Shown here piece by piece: positions 1 through 9,073 of a stretch of 64,000 bases of DNA (positions are counted from its first letter, which is position 1; each line of letters begins with the position of its first letter). The stretch lies in assembly GCA_043739185.1 (NCBI GenBank), contig JAYUEN010000155.1, forward strand, positions 30,732 through 94,731, read 5' to 3'. Below the pieces are notes generated by a model. The model ran no database searches. It had not been told where the DNA came from and was given only the letters and a program-made list of their open reading frames with translations. Made by a program: the position numbers and the translations under genes. The DNA comes from Bdellovibrionales bacterium. Its GTDB lineage: Bacteria > Bdellovibrionota > Bdellovibrionia > Bdellovibrionales > JAMPXM01.

Positions 1-2
1 GG

Positions 3-626
3 GTTGAGCTTAAAGCTAGTTATTCACCAGGAACCATCATTGAAGGTGAAGTAAAATCAATCACTGACTTTGGTATCTTTATTGGTATCGAAGAAGGCAT
101 TGACGGCTTGATTCACGTTTCTGACTTTTCATGGACAAAACGCATCAATCATCCCTCCGAAATGTTTACCAAGGGCCAAAATATCCGCGCAGTTGTTCTT
201 GGCGTTGATATTGAAAATGAGAGATTCTCGCTTGGAATTAAACAACTTGAGAGTGATCCTTGGGCAAATATTGACTCTAAATACAAAGTTGGAACTCAGC
301 ACATGGTTAAAGTTGTTAAAACTGCTGACTTCGGAGTATTTGTTGAGCTTGAAAGTGATATCGAAGGTCTTATTCATATCAGTGAAATCACAACTGAGCG
401 TATTGCAAAGCCAGAAGACGCCGTTAAAGTTGGCGATGAATTGAAAGCTGAAGTGATCACAATCGATAAAGAAGCTCGTAAAATCGGGCTCAGCGCTAAA
501 TTAGTGAAGCTAAGAGAAACCAAAGCTGATGTTGAAGATTATGTGAAAAAAGCAACTTCAACTTCGAAAACAAGTTTTGGGGATCTATTTGGCGACGCCC
601 TCAAAGGCATCAAACAAGACGAGTAG
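3..626 (+). CDS. rpsA: 30S ribosomal protein S1, C-terminal part (5' end lies upstream of the window)
   Basis: The frame is open from base 3. It contains repeated S1/OB-fold motifs (GEVKSITDFGIFIGIEEGIDGLIHVSD; GTQHMVKVVKTADFGVFVELESDIEGLIHISE; GDELKAEVITIDKEARKIGLS). ORF-track entry 108..626 is in the same frame. Confidence 0.9.
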   Translation, partial: VELKASYSPGTIIEGEVKSITDFGIFIGIEEGIDGLIHVSDFSWTKRINHPSEMFTKGQNIRAVVLGVDIENERFSLGIKQLESDPWANIDSKYKVGTQHMVKVVKTADFGVFVELESDIEGLIHISEITTERIAKPEDAVKVGDELKAEVITIDKEARKIGLSAKLVKLRETKADVEDYVKKATSTSKTSFGDLFGDALKGIKQDE

Positions 627-633
627 TTTTTGT

Positions 634-655
634 GCTGTCTCACTCGTGAGACAGC
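634..655 (+). terminator. GC-rich hairpin just after the rpsA stop (gctgtctcac-tc-gtgagacagc); it has no downstream T-tract
   Basis: A perfect 10-nt inverted repeat was read directly from the sequence. The T-run lies 5' of the stem rather than 3', so it is not a canonical intrinsic terminator. Confidence 0.35.
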
Positions 656-809
656 CAACAATGGGCATTGCGACTTTGAGCTAACTCTTCGTTGCGGCGC
701 TCTCGATCTTCCTGCGCTGTAGATTACTACAGCTCGGTCGTCTCGATTGCCGCGCCTCGATTTATCTCAAATTCACAACGCCGATCTGATACGAAGTAGG
801 GAAATTGAG

Positions 810-1394
810 ATGGGTAAAACTTCAAAGAAAAGCAAAACTCCAACTCGAAAAAAAAGCACAGCTCAATCAAAAAAAAGCTCAAATACTAAAGTGGATTGGC
901 CTAGAAAATCGGATGTTTTGTTTAGGCCCGATCGCTATCAATATGTAAAGTCTGATAAAAGTAATCACAAAAAAGAATGTGTTTTTTGTATGACGGCAAC
1001 TGGGCCGGTTGAAGCTCAAAGTCTGTGCTTATATAAGAATGCTCTCGCTCAAGTGGTAATGAATAAGTATCCATACAATGCGGGGCATCTTTTGATTCTT
1101 CCAATAAGACATGAAGGTGATTTTTTGGCTTTGAGAGATGATGAATTGAGTGAAATCTATAAATTAACTCGAAAATGTATTGCCGCTCTTAAAGAAGAAT
1201 ATCAACCGCAAGCTTTTAATTTGGGATCAAACTTAGGTTCAAATGCAGGAGCAGGTATCCCGGATCATCTGCATTTTCATATCGTACCTCGCTGGAATGG
1301 GGATACCAATTTTTTTCCGCTCATTGCCGAGACTAAGGTAATTGTTGAGGATCTAGAAAAGACTTATTCACGTTTACAAAAATATTTTTCTTGA
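810..1394 (+). CDS. HIT (histidine triad) family nucleotide hydrolase/transferase with a Lys/Ser-rich N-terminal tail
   Basis: It carries the histidine triad motif 'PDHLHFHIVPRW' and 'NKYPYNAGHLLILP'. The ATG at 810 is preferred over the 747 ORF start, which would run through a GC-rich intergenic element. Confidence 0.8.
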   Translation: MGKTSKKSKTPTRKKSTAQSKKSSNTKVDWPRKSDVLFRPDRYQYVKSDKSNHKKECVFCMTATGPVEAQSLCLYKNALAQVVMNKYPYNAGHLLILPIRHEGDFLALRDDELSEIYKLTRKCIAALKEEYQPQAFNLGSNLGSNAGAGIPDHLHFHIVPRWNGDTNFFPLIAETKVIVEDLEKTYSRLQKYFS

Positions 1395-1424
1395 GTCCCC
1401 GTTTGTTCAGAGTGAGGTTTTAGA

Positions 1425-1841
1425 ATGAAATTTGAATACGAGCTCGATCACATCGGTATTGCGGTTGAAAGTCTTGCTTCAGCAATGAAGTTTTACCAGG
1501 CCCTTGGTTTTGAAAGCTTGGGCGTAGAAGAAGTAGCCAGCGAGAAAGTTCGAACGCAATTTCTCAAGCTAGAAAATCAGGCGAATCTCGAATTATTAGA
1601 GCCCACTTCAGATGATAGCGTCATTAAAAAATTTCTTGAGAAGAGAGGCCCGGGCATTCATCATATATGTTTGAGGGTTTCTAATATTGATGAAGTGGTA
1701 TCTAATATGAAATCAAAAGGAATTCGACTCATCAATGAAGTTCCTAAAATGGGAGCTCATAATTGCCGAATCGTTTTTATTCATCCGGCTTCAACTGGGG
1801 GAGTTTTGATTGAACTTAGTGAACCTCAAAAAAAGAAATAA
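1425..1841 (+). CDS. mce: Methylmalonyl-CoA epimerase / VOC (glyoxalase-fold) family protein
   Basis: 138 aa. 'LDHIGIAV', 'GPGIHHICLRV' and 'GVLIELSE' are typical of the methylmalonyl-CoA epimerase subgroup of VOC proteins. Confidence 0.75.
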   Translation: MKFEYELDHIGIAVESLASAMKFYQALGFESLGVEEVASEKVRTQFLKLENQANLELLEPTSDDSVIKKFLEKRGPGIHHICLRVSNIDEVVSNMKSKGIRLINEVPKMGAHNCRIVFIHPASTGGVLIELSEPQKKK

Positions 1842-1853
1842 GAGGTAAGTAGC

Positions 1854-2618
1854 TTGGGCAATCGGGGTGGTTCAAGTCCAATGCAGGGAATGATTCCTTT
1901 CACTCCTGTGGTGAAAATTTTAGTCATTTCATGTGCTGCGATTTGGCTGATTGGCCAGCTGATTATTGATCGCTTCATTTTGAATGGTCAGTTCTTTGCG
2001 ACTTATTTTGCCCTGGTTCCAAATTTAGTTTTACAAAAATTCTTCATTTGGCAGTTGGTTACTTATGCTTTCTTACATAGTACCAGTCCATTTCACATTA
2101 TTCTGAATCTGCTAGCGCTTTGGTGGCTGGGTGCTGAACTCGAGCAGCGCTGGGGCTCGCGATTTTTTTTAACCTACTATTTGGTCTGTGCTATTGGGGC
2201 GGCATTTATTTATGTCACGATCGTACTCGTCTATGCGCTTTCGGGAGGCTCGGTTACGGTATTATTGACCCCGGTAATGGGGGCCTCTGGTGCTATTTTC
2301 GGCCTCCTCTTAGCTTATGGAATGCTTTTCGGAGAGCGCATTGTCTATTTTATGATGATGTTTCCGATGAAAGCGAAGCATTTTGTGATGATCTTGGGTG
2401 GGATTGAGGTCGTTAATCTTCTCAATACTGGAGTGGCTGGGAATGAAGTCGCAAGTTTGGCGCATTTGGGTGGGGTCGTTTCGGGTTATTTGTTTTTAGT
2501 TCTCAATAAGAAGCTTCAACAGAAAAAAGCGAAGCAAAAAACTTCGTCAAAAACCAGCAAGCTCAAGCTTGTTATCAATAACGAAAAGAAAAAAGAAGGC
2601 CCCAAATACTGGAACTAG
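1854..2618 (+). CDS. Rhomboid family intramembrane serine protease
   Basis: A multi-TM protein with the catalytic 'GASGAIFG' motif, a downstream 'AHLGG' His motif and an 'EQRWG' loop. It uses a TTG start 8 nt after AGAGG and has a Lys-rich C-terminal tail. Confidence 0.8.
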   Translation: MGNRGGSSPMQGMIPFTPVVKILVISCAAIWLIGQLIIDRFILNGQFFATYFALVPNLVLQKFFIWQLVTYAFLHSTSPFHIILNLLALWWLGAELEQRWGSRFFLTYYLVCAIGAAFIYVTIVLVYALSGGSVTVLLTPVMGASGAIFGLLLAYGMLFGERIVYFMMMFPMKAKHFVMILGGIEVVNLLNTGVAGNEVASLAHLGGVVSGYLFLVLNKKLQQKKAKQKTSSKTSKLKLVINNEKKKEGPKYWN

Positions 2619-2713
2619 AGCCTGAATGAGGGCCCGCCGCACAAGACGATTTATGAAGACTTTTTCGGCAATAAGAAATATAGTCGCATCTTCAAATTGA
2701 ATAGGGAGCCAAA

Positions 2714-2911
2714 ATGAGCCTCAAAAAAGAAATCGAGAATTTAAAGTTTGATAAGCGAATGATCGATTGGAATATTTCTCGCAACTTATTGACCCAAGAC
2801 GAACTCAAAAAATATCTTGGTGAATTGCCAGATTCTAGTCATAACCTTGCTAGTCTTGAACTAAACGAAGATGTTTCCGAGCAGGATATGTTTTCGTCTA
2901 GCGAATCTTAA
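2714..2911 (+). CDS. Small acidic hypothetical protein (65 aa)
   Basis: An ORF with an upstream GGGAG RBS. No motif was recognised. Confidence 0.4.
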   Translation: MSLKKEIENLKFDKRMIDWNISRNLLTQDELKKYLGELPDSSHNLASLELNEDVSEQDMFSSSES

Positions 2912-2962
2912 CTTTTCTCTTAATTTTTCTCTTAATTTTTTAAGCATTTGTAAAAGCTGCGT

Positions 2963-3970
2963 TTAGCGGCTTGCTTGTGATGGTACAATAACTTCAGATT
3001 TGGCCAGCTCATCATTTTCAATTTGCCATTCTTCACCAAGAATTTTATACGAATCGCCTCGCTTGACGAGGTAAATGAGCTTTTCTCCAAAATCTTCATG
3101 TTGGTCAGAACGATAAGATTGTAAAAAACGTGCGATTGCGTAGTTTTTGTATGCAAATATCATGGGCCTTGAAAGGCTCACCTTGATCTCTTTATAGGTT
3201 TGATTGAGTCCGGTTTTAAAACTCTTCCATTTTTTGACATTCATTCCCTGGGATGAAAAATCATTGTCGTAAAAGGCGATATATTCATCGATGTTTTTAT
3301 TTTGCCAGGCACTTCGCCATTCGTCGATCATTTTGGTCGCAGAGGCTGAGAGCTTTTTCATATCTTCTGGGCTAGATAATTCAAGCTCGTCTTGAATGAT
3401 CAGAGGTGTTCTTGAGAGCTTCACATATTGCGTAACTTCTTTGATTACTTCATTGCGAACGACCACGCAGCCGCGTGAACCACGGGTCAGAGGTACAGAG
3501 TCGGGAACCGCATGAAACCAAATTCCAGAGCCACCCTTGCCCTCGAGGCGATCAAAAAAATTGGGATAATTAGTGGTGAATGCACGATCACCATAAAGCT
3601 TATGATCGAGGCCATTTCCTTCAAGCTTCTTTTCTAAAAAATAAATACCGCTAGGAGTTTTCTTATCTCCATTGGTGCGCTTTTCGCCGTCGTTTTTTCC
3701 GAGATCAGCAGGATAATTGGCTACTTTTTTAAGGCTATCACTCTGCATCTCCCAGACACTTAATTCTCTGGCTTTTTTATCTACCAAAAAAACGTAAGGT
3801 GAATAATATTGGCTGGTGAAAAAATGCACAAGTGCCGAAGGAATTTTTGAGGTGGCCTCGACCCTCTCTGACTTTTCGGCCTTCTCAGATTGAGATGGTT
3901 CTTCGGCTTGGGAGAACTGGACCCCAAATAGGCAGATAGAAGAAAGAATGAGACATAATAGTTTAGGCAT
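2963..3970 (-). CDS. L,D-transpeptidase (YkuD fold) with a C-terminal SnoaL/NTF2-like domain
   Basis: It has a signal peptide and the catalytic 'GIWFHAVP...TRGSRGCVVV' H...GC motif. The C-terminal 'IDEWRSAWQNKNIDEYIAFYDNDF' resembles an NTF2-like module. Confidence 0.8.
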   Translation of the reverse strand: MPKLLCLILSSICLFGVQFSQAEEPSQSEKAEKSERVEATSKIPSALVHFFTSQYYSPYVFLVDKKARELSVWEMQSDSLKKVANYPADLGKNDGEKRTNGDKKTPSGIYFLEKKLEGNGLDHKLYGDRAFTTNYPNFFDRLEGKGGSGIWFHAVPDSVPLTRGSRGCVVVRNEVIKEVTQYVKLSRTPLIIQDELELSSPEDMKKLSASATKMIDEWRSAWQNKNIDEYIAFYDNDFSSQGMNVKKWKSFKTGLNQTYKEIKVSLSRPMIFAYKNYAIARFLQSYRSDQHEDFGEKLIYLVKRGDSYKILGEEWQIENDELAKSEVIVPSQASR

Positions 3971-4122
3971 ATCTCTTAATGATTTTCTCTAAACCGAGCT
4001 TTGTCAAGTTGGCTGGACTGCATTGAAAATAGACAAAATAATATGATTTTAAGAAATTAATAAGCGCGCTGGTTTCTTCTTCAATTTGGCTCAAAGTCGA
4101 GCTTTTGAGCGTCGATTATTAT

Positions 4123-4149
4123 TAAAGAGCCTTCACTTAAGTCCGATAA
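4123..4149 (+). promoter_or_regulatory. Candidate sigma-28 (FliA)-type promoter upstream of fliL
   Basis: The sequence reads TAAA-N15-TCCGATAA. The enterobacterial sigma-28 consensus is TAAA-N15-GCCGATAA, so the -10 element matches 7 of 8 positions. It lies 83 nt upstream of the fliL ATG. Confidence 0.5.
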
Positions 4150-4231
4150 GACCTTAGTGCCTGTGCAAAATTGTAACACTTATTTTTGCGTGGGCCCTTA
4201 GTAGGATATGACTCTTTTAAGGTGAGGTTTT

Positions 4232-4756
4232 ATGGCCGAAGAGAAAAAGGCAGACGAAGCTCCAGCCCCTAAAAAGAAACTCAATTTAGCAAAGTTTGCA
4301 GATCTAGGATTTGCGATCATCAATTTATGTGTATTGGGTGGCGGTGCATTTCTGACTTATAAAAATACAATAGGCTATAAGCCGCCTTCGGTTCGCGAGC
4401 CAGCCACACTTGAGGCGCTCAAGAAAGAAAAAGCAGAGATCGAAGCCCAAGTGACGGGACCAATTTTATATCGGATGGAAGTCTTCAATGTGAATCTTGC
4501 AGGTACGCCGCCGAAGGTGGTTCGCATGGAGCTTTCTCTTGAAATGCTTGATCAAGACGGCTTTGAAGATATCGTAAAAAACGTCTCGCACGAACGTGAT
4601 ATGATCGTGGCGCTCTTGAATAAGAAAGAGTTTTCAGAACTTGAAAGCCTTCAAGGCAAACTCTTTTTGAAAAATGAAATAGCGAGTGAAATAAATAAAT
4701 CACTTAAAACCGGACTGGTTAAAGACGTCTTCTTTGACAAATTTATAGTTCAGTAA
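4232..4756 (+). CDS. fliL: Flagellar basal-body-associated protein FliL
   Basis: It has a single N-terminal TM segment. The typical FliL core is present: 'FNVNLAG...VVRMELSLEM', 'RDMIVALLNKKEFSELES..GKLFLKNEI' and a C-terminal 'VFFDKFIVQ'. Confidence 0.8.
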   Translation: MAEEKKADEAPAPKKKLNLAKFADLGFAIINLCVLGGGAFLTYKNTIGYKPPSVREPATLEALKKEKAEIEAQVTGPILYRMEVFNVNLAGTPPKVVRMELSLEMLDQDGFEDIVKNVSHERDMIVALLNKKEFSELESLQGKLFLKNEIASEINKSLKTGLVKDVFFDKFIVQ

Positions 4757-4836
4757 TTGACATCCCCTCGCCATCACAGAGACAATTGTTGGGTCCGATG
4801 TTTGAATTGGACCATCTCACTTAGAGGAGAACATCT

Positions 4837-6222
4837 GTGGTGTGCAGCTTGCAATTATCCAAATTTGTTTTGTCGATAGGGCTCATCACATTTTCATCAA
4901 TAGGATTTGCCGCAGGTGCGGATTTTAAAGATCAAATTAGCTTCAAAGTTGAAAAGTATAAGCTTGCAAATGGCCTCAGTGTTTTACTTTATGAAGATCA
5001 TAGCACACCGATTATTAGCTATCACACCTGGTTTCGAGTGGGCTCTAAAAATGAAAAACTCGGCACCACCGGAATCGCGCATCTCTTTGAGCATATGATG
5101 TTTAAGGGAGCCAAAAGATACAGTGGCGATCAATTTGAAAATATTTTGCAAATGAATGGTGCCAGCAACAATGCCTTTACCACTCACGATTATACCGGCT
5201 ACTACGAAAATCTACCGAGCTCAAAATTAGAGTTGGTGATGGATGTTGAAAGCGATCGCATGGAGAATTTGCAAATCTCAGACGATAATTTGAAGTCTGA
5301 GCGAGAGGTGGTTAAAGAAGAGCGCCGAATGCGAGTCGAAAACTCGCCAGTTGGAGTATTGCAAGAAACGCTTTTTGGTGCGGCCTTTAAATCGAGCTCT
5401 TACCATTGGCCGGTTATAGGCTATATGCCTGATCTAGATAATATTGATTTGAAGGGCGCGCAAAACTTCAATCATACCTACTATGCTCCGAACAATGCAG
5501 TCATCGTTATTGCCGGCGACTTCAATCCCTTGCTAGCAAAAAAATTAGTCGATAAATACTATGGTAAATTAAAGGCACAAGAAATTCCGATCTTCGTTCC
5601 CATTGTCGAGGCAGAGCAAAAAATCGCACGAGTTGAAGTGGTTGAAAAAGCCATTCAAAATGTAACGGTTGCGGTCGGATATGCGGTCCCGAAAGCGGGT
5701 AGTTCAGAGTCTTATGCGCTTGATCTTTTAGCCAATATTATGGGACACGGCACGTCTTCGCGACTTTATAAGCGCTTGGTATACAAAGATCAAATTGCGA
5801 CCTCTGTAAATGTCGATAATTACACCTTACAACAAGGCGGTATATTTGAGACTTATGTAAGTTTGAAGCCTAATCTCGATTCGCGTAAAGCAAGCCGGGT
5901 GGTGATATCAGAAATGTGGCGCCCGAGAAATTTGGTGGTGACTCCACGTGAACTTGAGGTTGCTAAGAAACAGGTGATGAAATCTTATGTGGATGGCTTG
6001 AAGACCATTTTTGGAAAGGCAGAGGCACTGGCAATGAACGAAGTTTTGTTTGGTGATTTTTCTCAGCTCTTTTCTGACCTTCAAAAATATCAAGCCGTCA
6101 CGGCACTTGATATTAAACTTGCTGCCGCCAAATACTTAACTCCGCAACGAAGCATTGTGGCTGTCGTAAAACCTATCAAGACAAGTAAGCAGAGTGCGGC
6201 GTCTAAGAAGAAAGGAACTTAA
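4837..6222 (+). CDS. M16 (pitrilysin/insulinase) family zinc peptidase, catalytic subunit
   Basis: It has a signal peptide, the inverted zinc motif 'HLFEHMMFKG' (HxxEH) and a downstream 'EREVVKEERR'. A GTG start follows GAGGAG. Confidence 0.85.
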   Translation: MVCSLQLSKFVLSIGLITFSSIGFAAGADFKDQISFKVEKYKLANGLSVLLYEDHSTPIISYHTWFRVGSKNEKLGTTGIAHLFEHMMFKGAKRYSGDQFENILQMNGASNNAFTTHDYTGYYENLPSSKLELVMDVESDRMENLQISDDNLKSEREVVKEERRMRVENSPVGVLQETLFGAAFKSSSYHWPVIGYMPDLDNIDLKGAQNFNHTYYAPNNAVIVIAGDFNPLLAKKLVDKYYGKLKAQEIPIFVPIVEAEQKIARVEVVEKAIQNVTVAVGYAVPKAGSSESYALDLLANIMGHGTSSRLYKRLVYKDQIATSVNVDNYTLQQGGIFETYVSLKPNLDSRKASRVVISEMWRPRNLVVTPRELEVAKKQVMKSYVDGLKTIFGKAEALAMNEVLFGDFSQLFSDLQKYQAVTALDIKLAAAKYLTPQRSIVAVVKPIKTSKQSAASKKKGT

Positions 6223-6223
6223 A

Positions 6224-7693
6224 ATGAATAACTTTTTGTTTTTTGTTCGTTGGTCCGTGATTTCATTGATAACTTCCCAATTGGCAGCTTGCACTGCGAA
6301 TTCAACAAAGAATGATAATAAATTAGCAGTCCCTCCGCAAGCCAGCGCCGATCGAATGAAGCCAACTATTCGTAAATTGAATTCAAACGCTCGACTCAGA
6401 GCCTATGAGGAGCGCGAACTTCCGAATGGTTTAAAGCTTGTTTTGATCAATGATGTCAGCCTGCCTTACGTGAGTTTTTCGCTCACCTTGAAAACCGGCT
6501 CAAACGTCGACCCGAAAGAGTTTCCTGGTTTGAGTCATTTTGTAGCCGAATTGCTTGAAACCGGAACGGCCAAAAAGAATGCCACCCAAATTGCCTCTGA
6601 GCTTTCAATGCTTGCTTCTGATTTTGAAACCAGCGTTTCAAATGACTTTAGTTTTTTATCATCGAGCTGTTTGTCTGAAGATGCCGAACCCCTTCTTGAA
6701 ATTTTTCATGACATCATCACTCAAGCATCTTTTGCAAACCAAGAAATTGAGCGCCAGCGCAAGGACCTCATTGCCAATGCGATAAAGGCTGAGGACAATC
6801 CTGAATCTTTTACCGAAAAAGCCTGGGCCGAATATCTCTATGGAGATCATCCTTACAGTCATACTGCCATGGGGAAAATTTCAAGCTTACAGAAGATTTC
6901 TAAAAAACAAATCATTCAACATTATTTGAAATTTTATCGACCCAATAATGCCAGTTTGATTATAGTCGGAAAATACACTCCTGAATTGATTCAAAAGGCG
7001 GAAGCTTTGTTTGGCGCTTGGCAGGCGCGTGATTTGAGCCCGATTGTTTACCCCGCAACCGATAAAATCGAAGGCTTAAAGACATTGATCGTCGACAAAA
7101 AGGGCTTGGTTCAAGCGCAAATCCGCATCGGAAATTTTGGAATTAAGCGATCGAATGAGGATTTTTTAAATTTAAGAATTGCTAATACCATTTTAGGTGG
7201 CGCTTTTTCGAGCCGCTTAGTTGACCGGGTCAGAAAAGAATTGGGTTTGACCTATTCAATTAGCTCTGGCTTTGACGCCAAAGCCGATCGTGGTCCATTT
7301 GAAATTTCGACCTTTACAAAAGTTACAAGTGTCGGAAAAACCATTGAAGAGACTTTGGCAGTGCTTAAAAAGTTTCACAATCAAGGGGTCACGCCAGAAG
7401 AAGTTGAAATGGCAAAAGGTTATTTGAAGGGAATTTTTCCTACGGCAATTGAAACCGCCGAAAAATTCGCTCATAATTTGATTCTTCTCAAGCTTTATGG
7501 AATTGAAGACACTTATTTATCTCAATACATTTCAAATGTAGAGCGAACCACAACCAATGATATCAACTTGGTTATACGTAAATATTTTGACGAGAAGAAT
7601 CTCAAAATTTTAGTTTATGGCCCAGCGGATGAAATCAAAGATCAACTTAAGGAATTCAATCCGGAAATAAAGCCCGCAAGCGAATTCAAATGA
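6224..7693 (+). CDS. M16 family peptidase, non-catalytic partner subunit (HxxEH lost: 'SHFVAELLETG')
   Basis: It is paralogous to the upstream gene and has a lipoprotein-like N-terminus (LAAC). The ATG at 6224 directly follows the upstream stop. Confidence 0.8.
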   Translation: MNNFLFFVRWSVISLITSQLAACTANSTKNDNKLAVPPQASADRMKPTIRKLNSNARLRAYEERELPNGLKLVLINDVSLPYVSFSLTLKTGSNVDPKEFPGLSHFVAELLETGTAKKNATQIASELSMLASDFETSVSNDFSFLSSSCLSEDAEPLLEIFHDIITQASFANQEIERQRKDLIANAIKAEDNPESFTEKAWAEYLYGDHPYSHTAMGKISSLQKISKKQIIQHYLKFYRPNNASLIIVGKYTPELIQKAEALFGAWQARDLSPIVYPATDKIEGLKTLIVDKKGLVQAQIRIGNFGIKRSNEDFLNLRIANTILGGAFSSRLVDRVRKELGLTYSISSGFDAKADRGPFEISTFTKVTSVGKTIEETLAVLKKFHNQGVTPEEVEMAKGYLKGIFPTAIETAEKFAHNLILLKLYGIEDTYLSQYISNVERTTTNDINLVIRKYFDEKNLKILVYGPADEIKDQLKEFNPEIKPASEFK

Positions 7694-7714
7694 CAGAAAG
7701 CTTTAGACGGGCCC

Positions 7715-7996
7715 TTAGTGATTTATTTCGAACTGTTTTTTAGGGCTAGAAGTTGCCGGCGAATCTTGGCTATCAAATTCGCGGTTGCTCGAGAGCTGAT
7801 CGATTTTGCCTTCAATGTCTTCGAGACGATTTGAAATTTTAGAAAATTGCTTGGCAAGGGTGCCAGTTTTCATAAACCAAGAAAAAATCTCTCGAATAGC
7901 CAATACCAAAATAAACGAAATTACAAAGGCCGCTCCAAAAATTTTGGCGGTATTGAGTCCTAATTGGTCGAGAAATAAATAAAGTTCATTGAGCAT
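7715..7996 (-). CDS. Small membrane-anchored coiled-coil hypothetical protein
   Basis: 93 aa with one TM segment and a heptad-like C-terminal half. No motif was recognised. Confidence 0.4.
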   Translation of the reverse strand: MLNELYLFLDQLGLNTAKIFGAAFVISFILVLAIREIFSWFMKTGTLAKQFSKISNRLEDIEGKIDQLSSNREFDSQDSPATSSPKKQFEINH

Positions 7997-8117
7997 CTGG
8001 TACCAGTTTTATCGAAGATTTATGGTCTTTTCAATATCAATCACAATATTCAAATGCGCAAAGCAAGTGGGCTCCGCAAGTGTTCGATATTAGACATCTT
8101 TCAAATCTAGGCGTGAA

Positions 8118-8864
8118 TTATTTTTTCTTGGGCGGGCGTTTAACCGGTCTTTTTGCATAAATATAAAGGCCGATGGCCGCCAAAACAAAACCCAAAGCCA
8201 TCAAAGACTGCTTTAAATGGGTTCCGGAGCCAGAGCCTTCTTCAGGCGGGGCTTCATCATTGATTCCTATATTCGGATCAGTCGAAATATTAATGGGTGC
8301 TCCAAAGTTTCCTCCGCCGGTGCCAGTGGCAGTCGCGGCATTTAAACTCTGCGAAGTCACAAGAACTTTCAAACTCAAGACGGCTTTGAAAAAATCATCA
8401 GCGTATTTGCTGTAGTATTTCTTATGAGCTGAGAAGGTAACCAAGATACCGATTCGATCTTTAAGTGTGGCCATATAGCGAGTATAATAATTTGGAATTT
8501 CACTTCCCAGTTGAAGCCCGTCTACCCAGGGTTGGCCAGAAATATTGGTAATCTTAGGAGGGCTCACAACCTGACTCATTGTCGGAACACCTGTTAGCGA
8601 TGGCACTTGTTTGGGAGCTTTCAAATGCGCCTCATAGGCCGCTAAATTGTCGGCTGGCCCGGCCTCTTTAGCGGTTAGGATAATAACGGCTTCTTTGCTC
8701 TCTTGCCCGGGAGTTTGCGCTCTACATACATACTCGGTTTGTTCGAGCACGCATCCCCAGCGATTCGGAAGTTCAAAGCTGACGTAGGAGTTGCGAAAGG
8801 TCACTCCATGTGCAGAGAGGCTAGAAAAGAATAGAAACAGGCTGATTGTACAAGATGTTTTCAT
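8118..8864 (-). CDS. Secreted hypothetical protein with a C-terminal TM anchor and a basic tail
   Basis: The ATG at 8864 gives the signal peptide MKTSCTISLFLFFSSLSAHG. The C-terminus reads 'LMALGFVLAAIGLYIYAKRPVKRPPKKK'. Confidence 0.5.
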   Translation of the reverse strand: MKTSCTISLFLFFSSLSAHGVTFRNSYVSFELPNRWGCVLEQTEYVCRAQTPGQESKEAVIILTAKEAGPADNLAAYEAHLKAPKQVPSLTGVPTMSQVVSPPKITNISGQPWVDGLQLGSEIPNYYTRYMATLKDRIGILVTFSAHKKYYSKYADDFFKAVLSLKVLVTSQSLNAATATGTGGGNFGAPINISTDPNIGINDEAPPEEGSGSGTHLKQSLMALGFVLAAIGLYIYAKRPVKRPPKKK

Positions 8865-9073
8865 AGGGTTGTCTATATTGTGACAGGAATTTATCAAAAA
8901 TATAGTTTGAAATTCCTGATATTGTCGTTTGTCCTGCTTTCAGACCTTCGTCGTGCAGGGAGTCGTTAGTAAGAGGCTTCTATAGACTCACTTGATTTCG
9001 GAGTGAGACTTGATAATAATCGGCCCGGCAGTGCAGCTGAGTTTTAAGCACGTATTTCTAAGGGGGACTTCAG

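Noticed and set aside
747-809. The ORF track gives the HIT protein an upstream start at 747.
   Set aside because: The extra 21 codons run through the GC-rich palindromic spacer element. The ATG at 810 starts the Lys/Ser-rich tail and is the more plausible initiation site.
2914-2941. A 12-bp direct repeat (ttttctcttaat x2 plus a partial copy) lies between convergent genes.
   Set aside because: It is a very short, AT-rich duplication of simple-sequence type, with no partner elsewhere in the window.
6194-6223. I considered the upstream start at 6194 for the second M16 gene, which overlaps the first M16 gene by 29 nt.
   Set aside because: The ATG at 6224 follows the upstream stop directly and begins the hydrophobic lipoprotein-type signal sequence. 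The extension (MRRLRRKELK) adds nothing functional.
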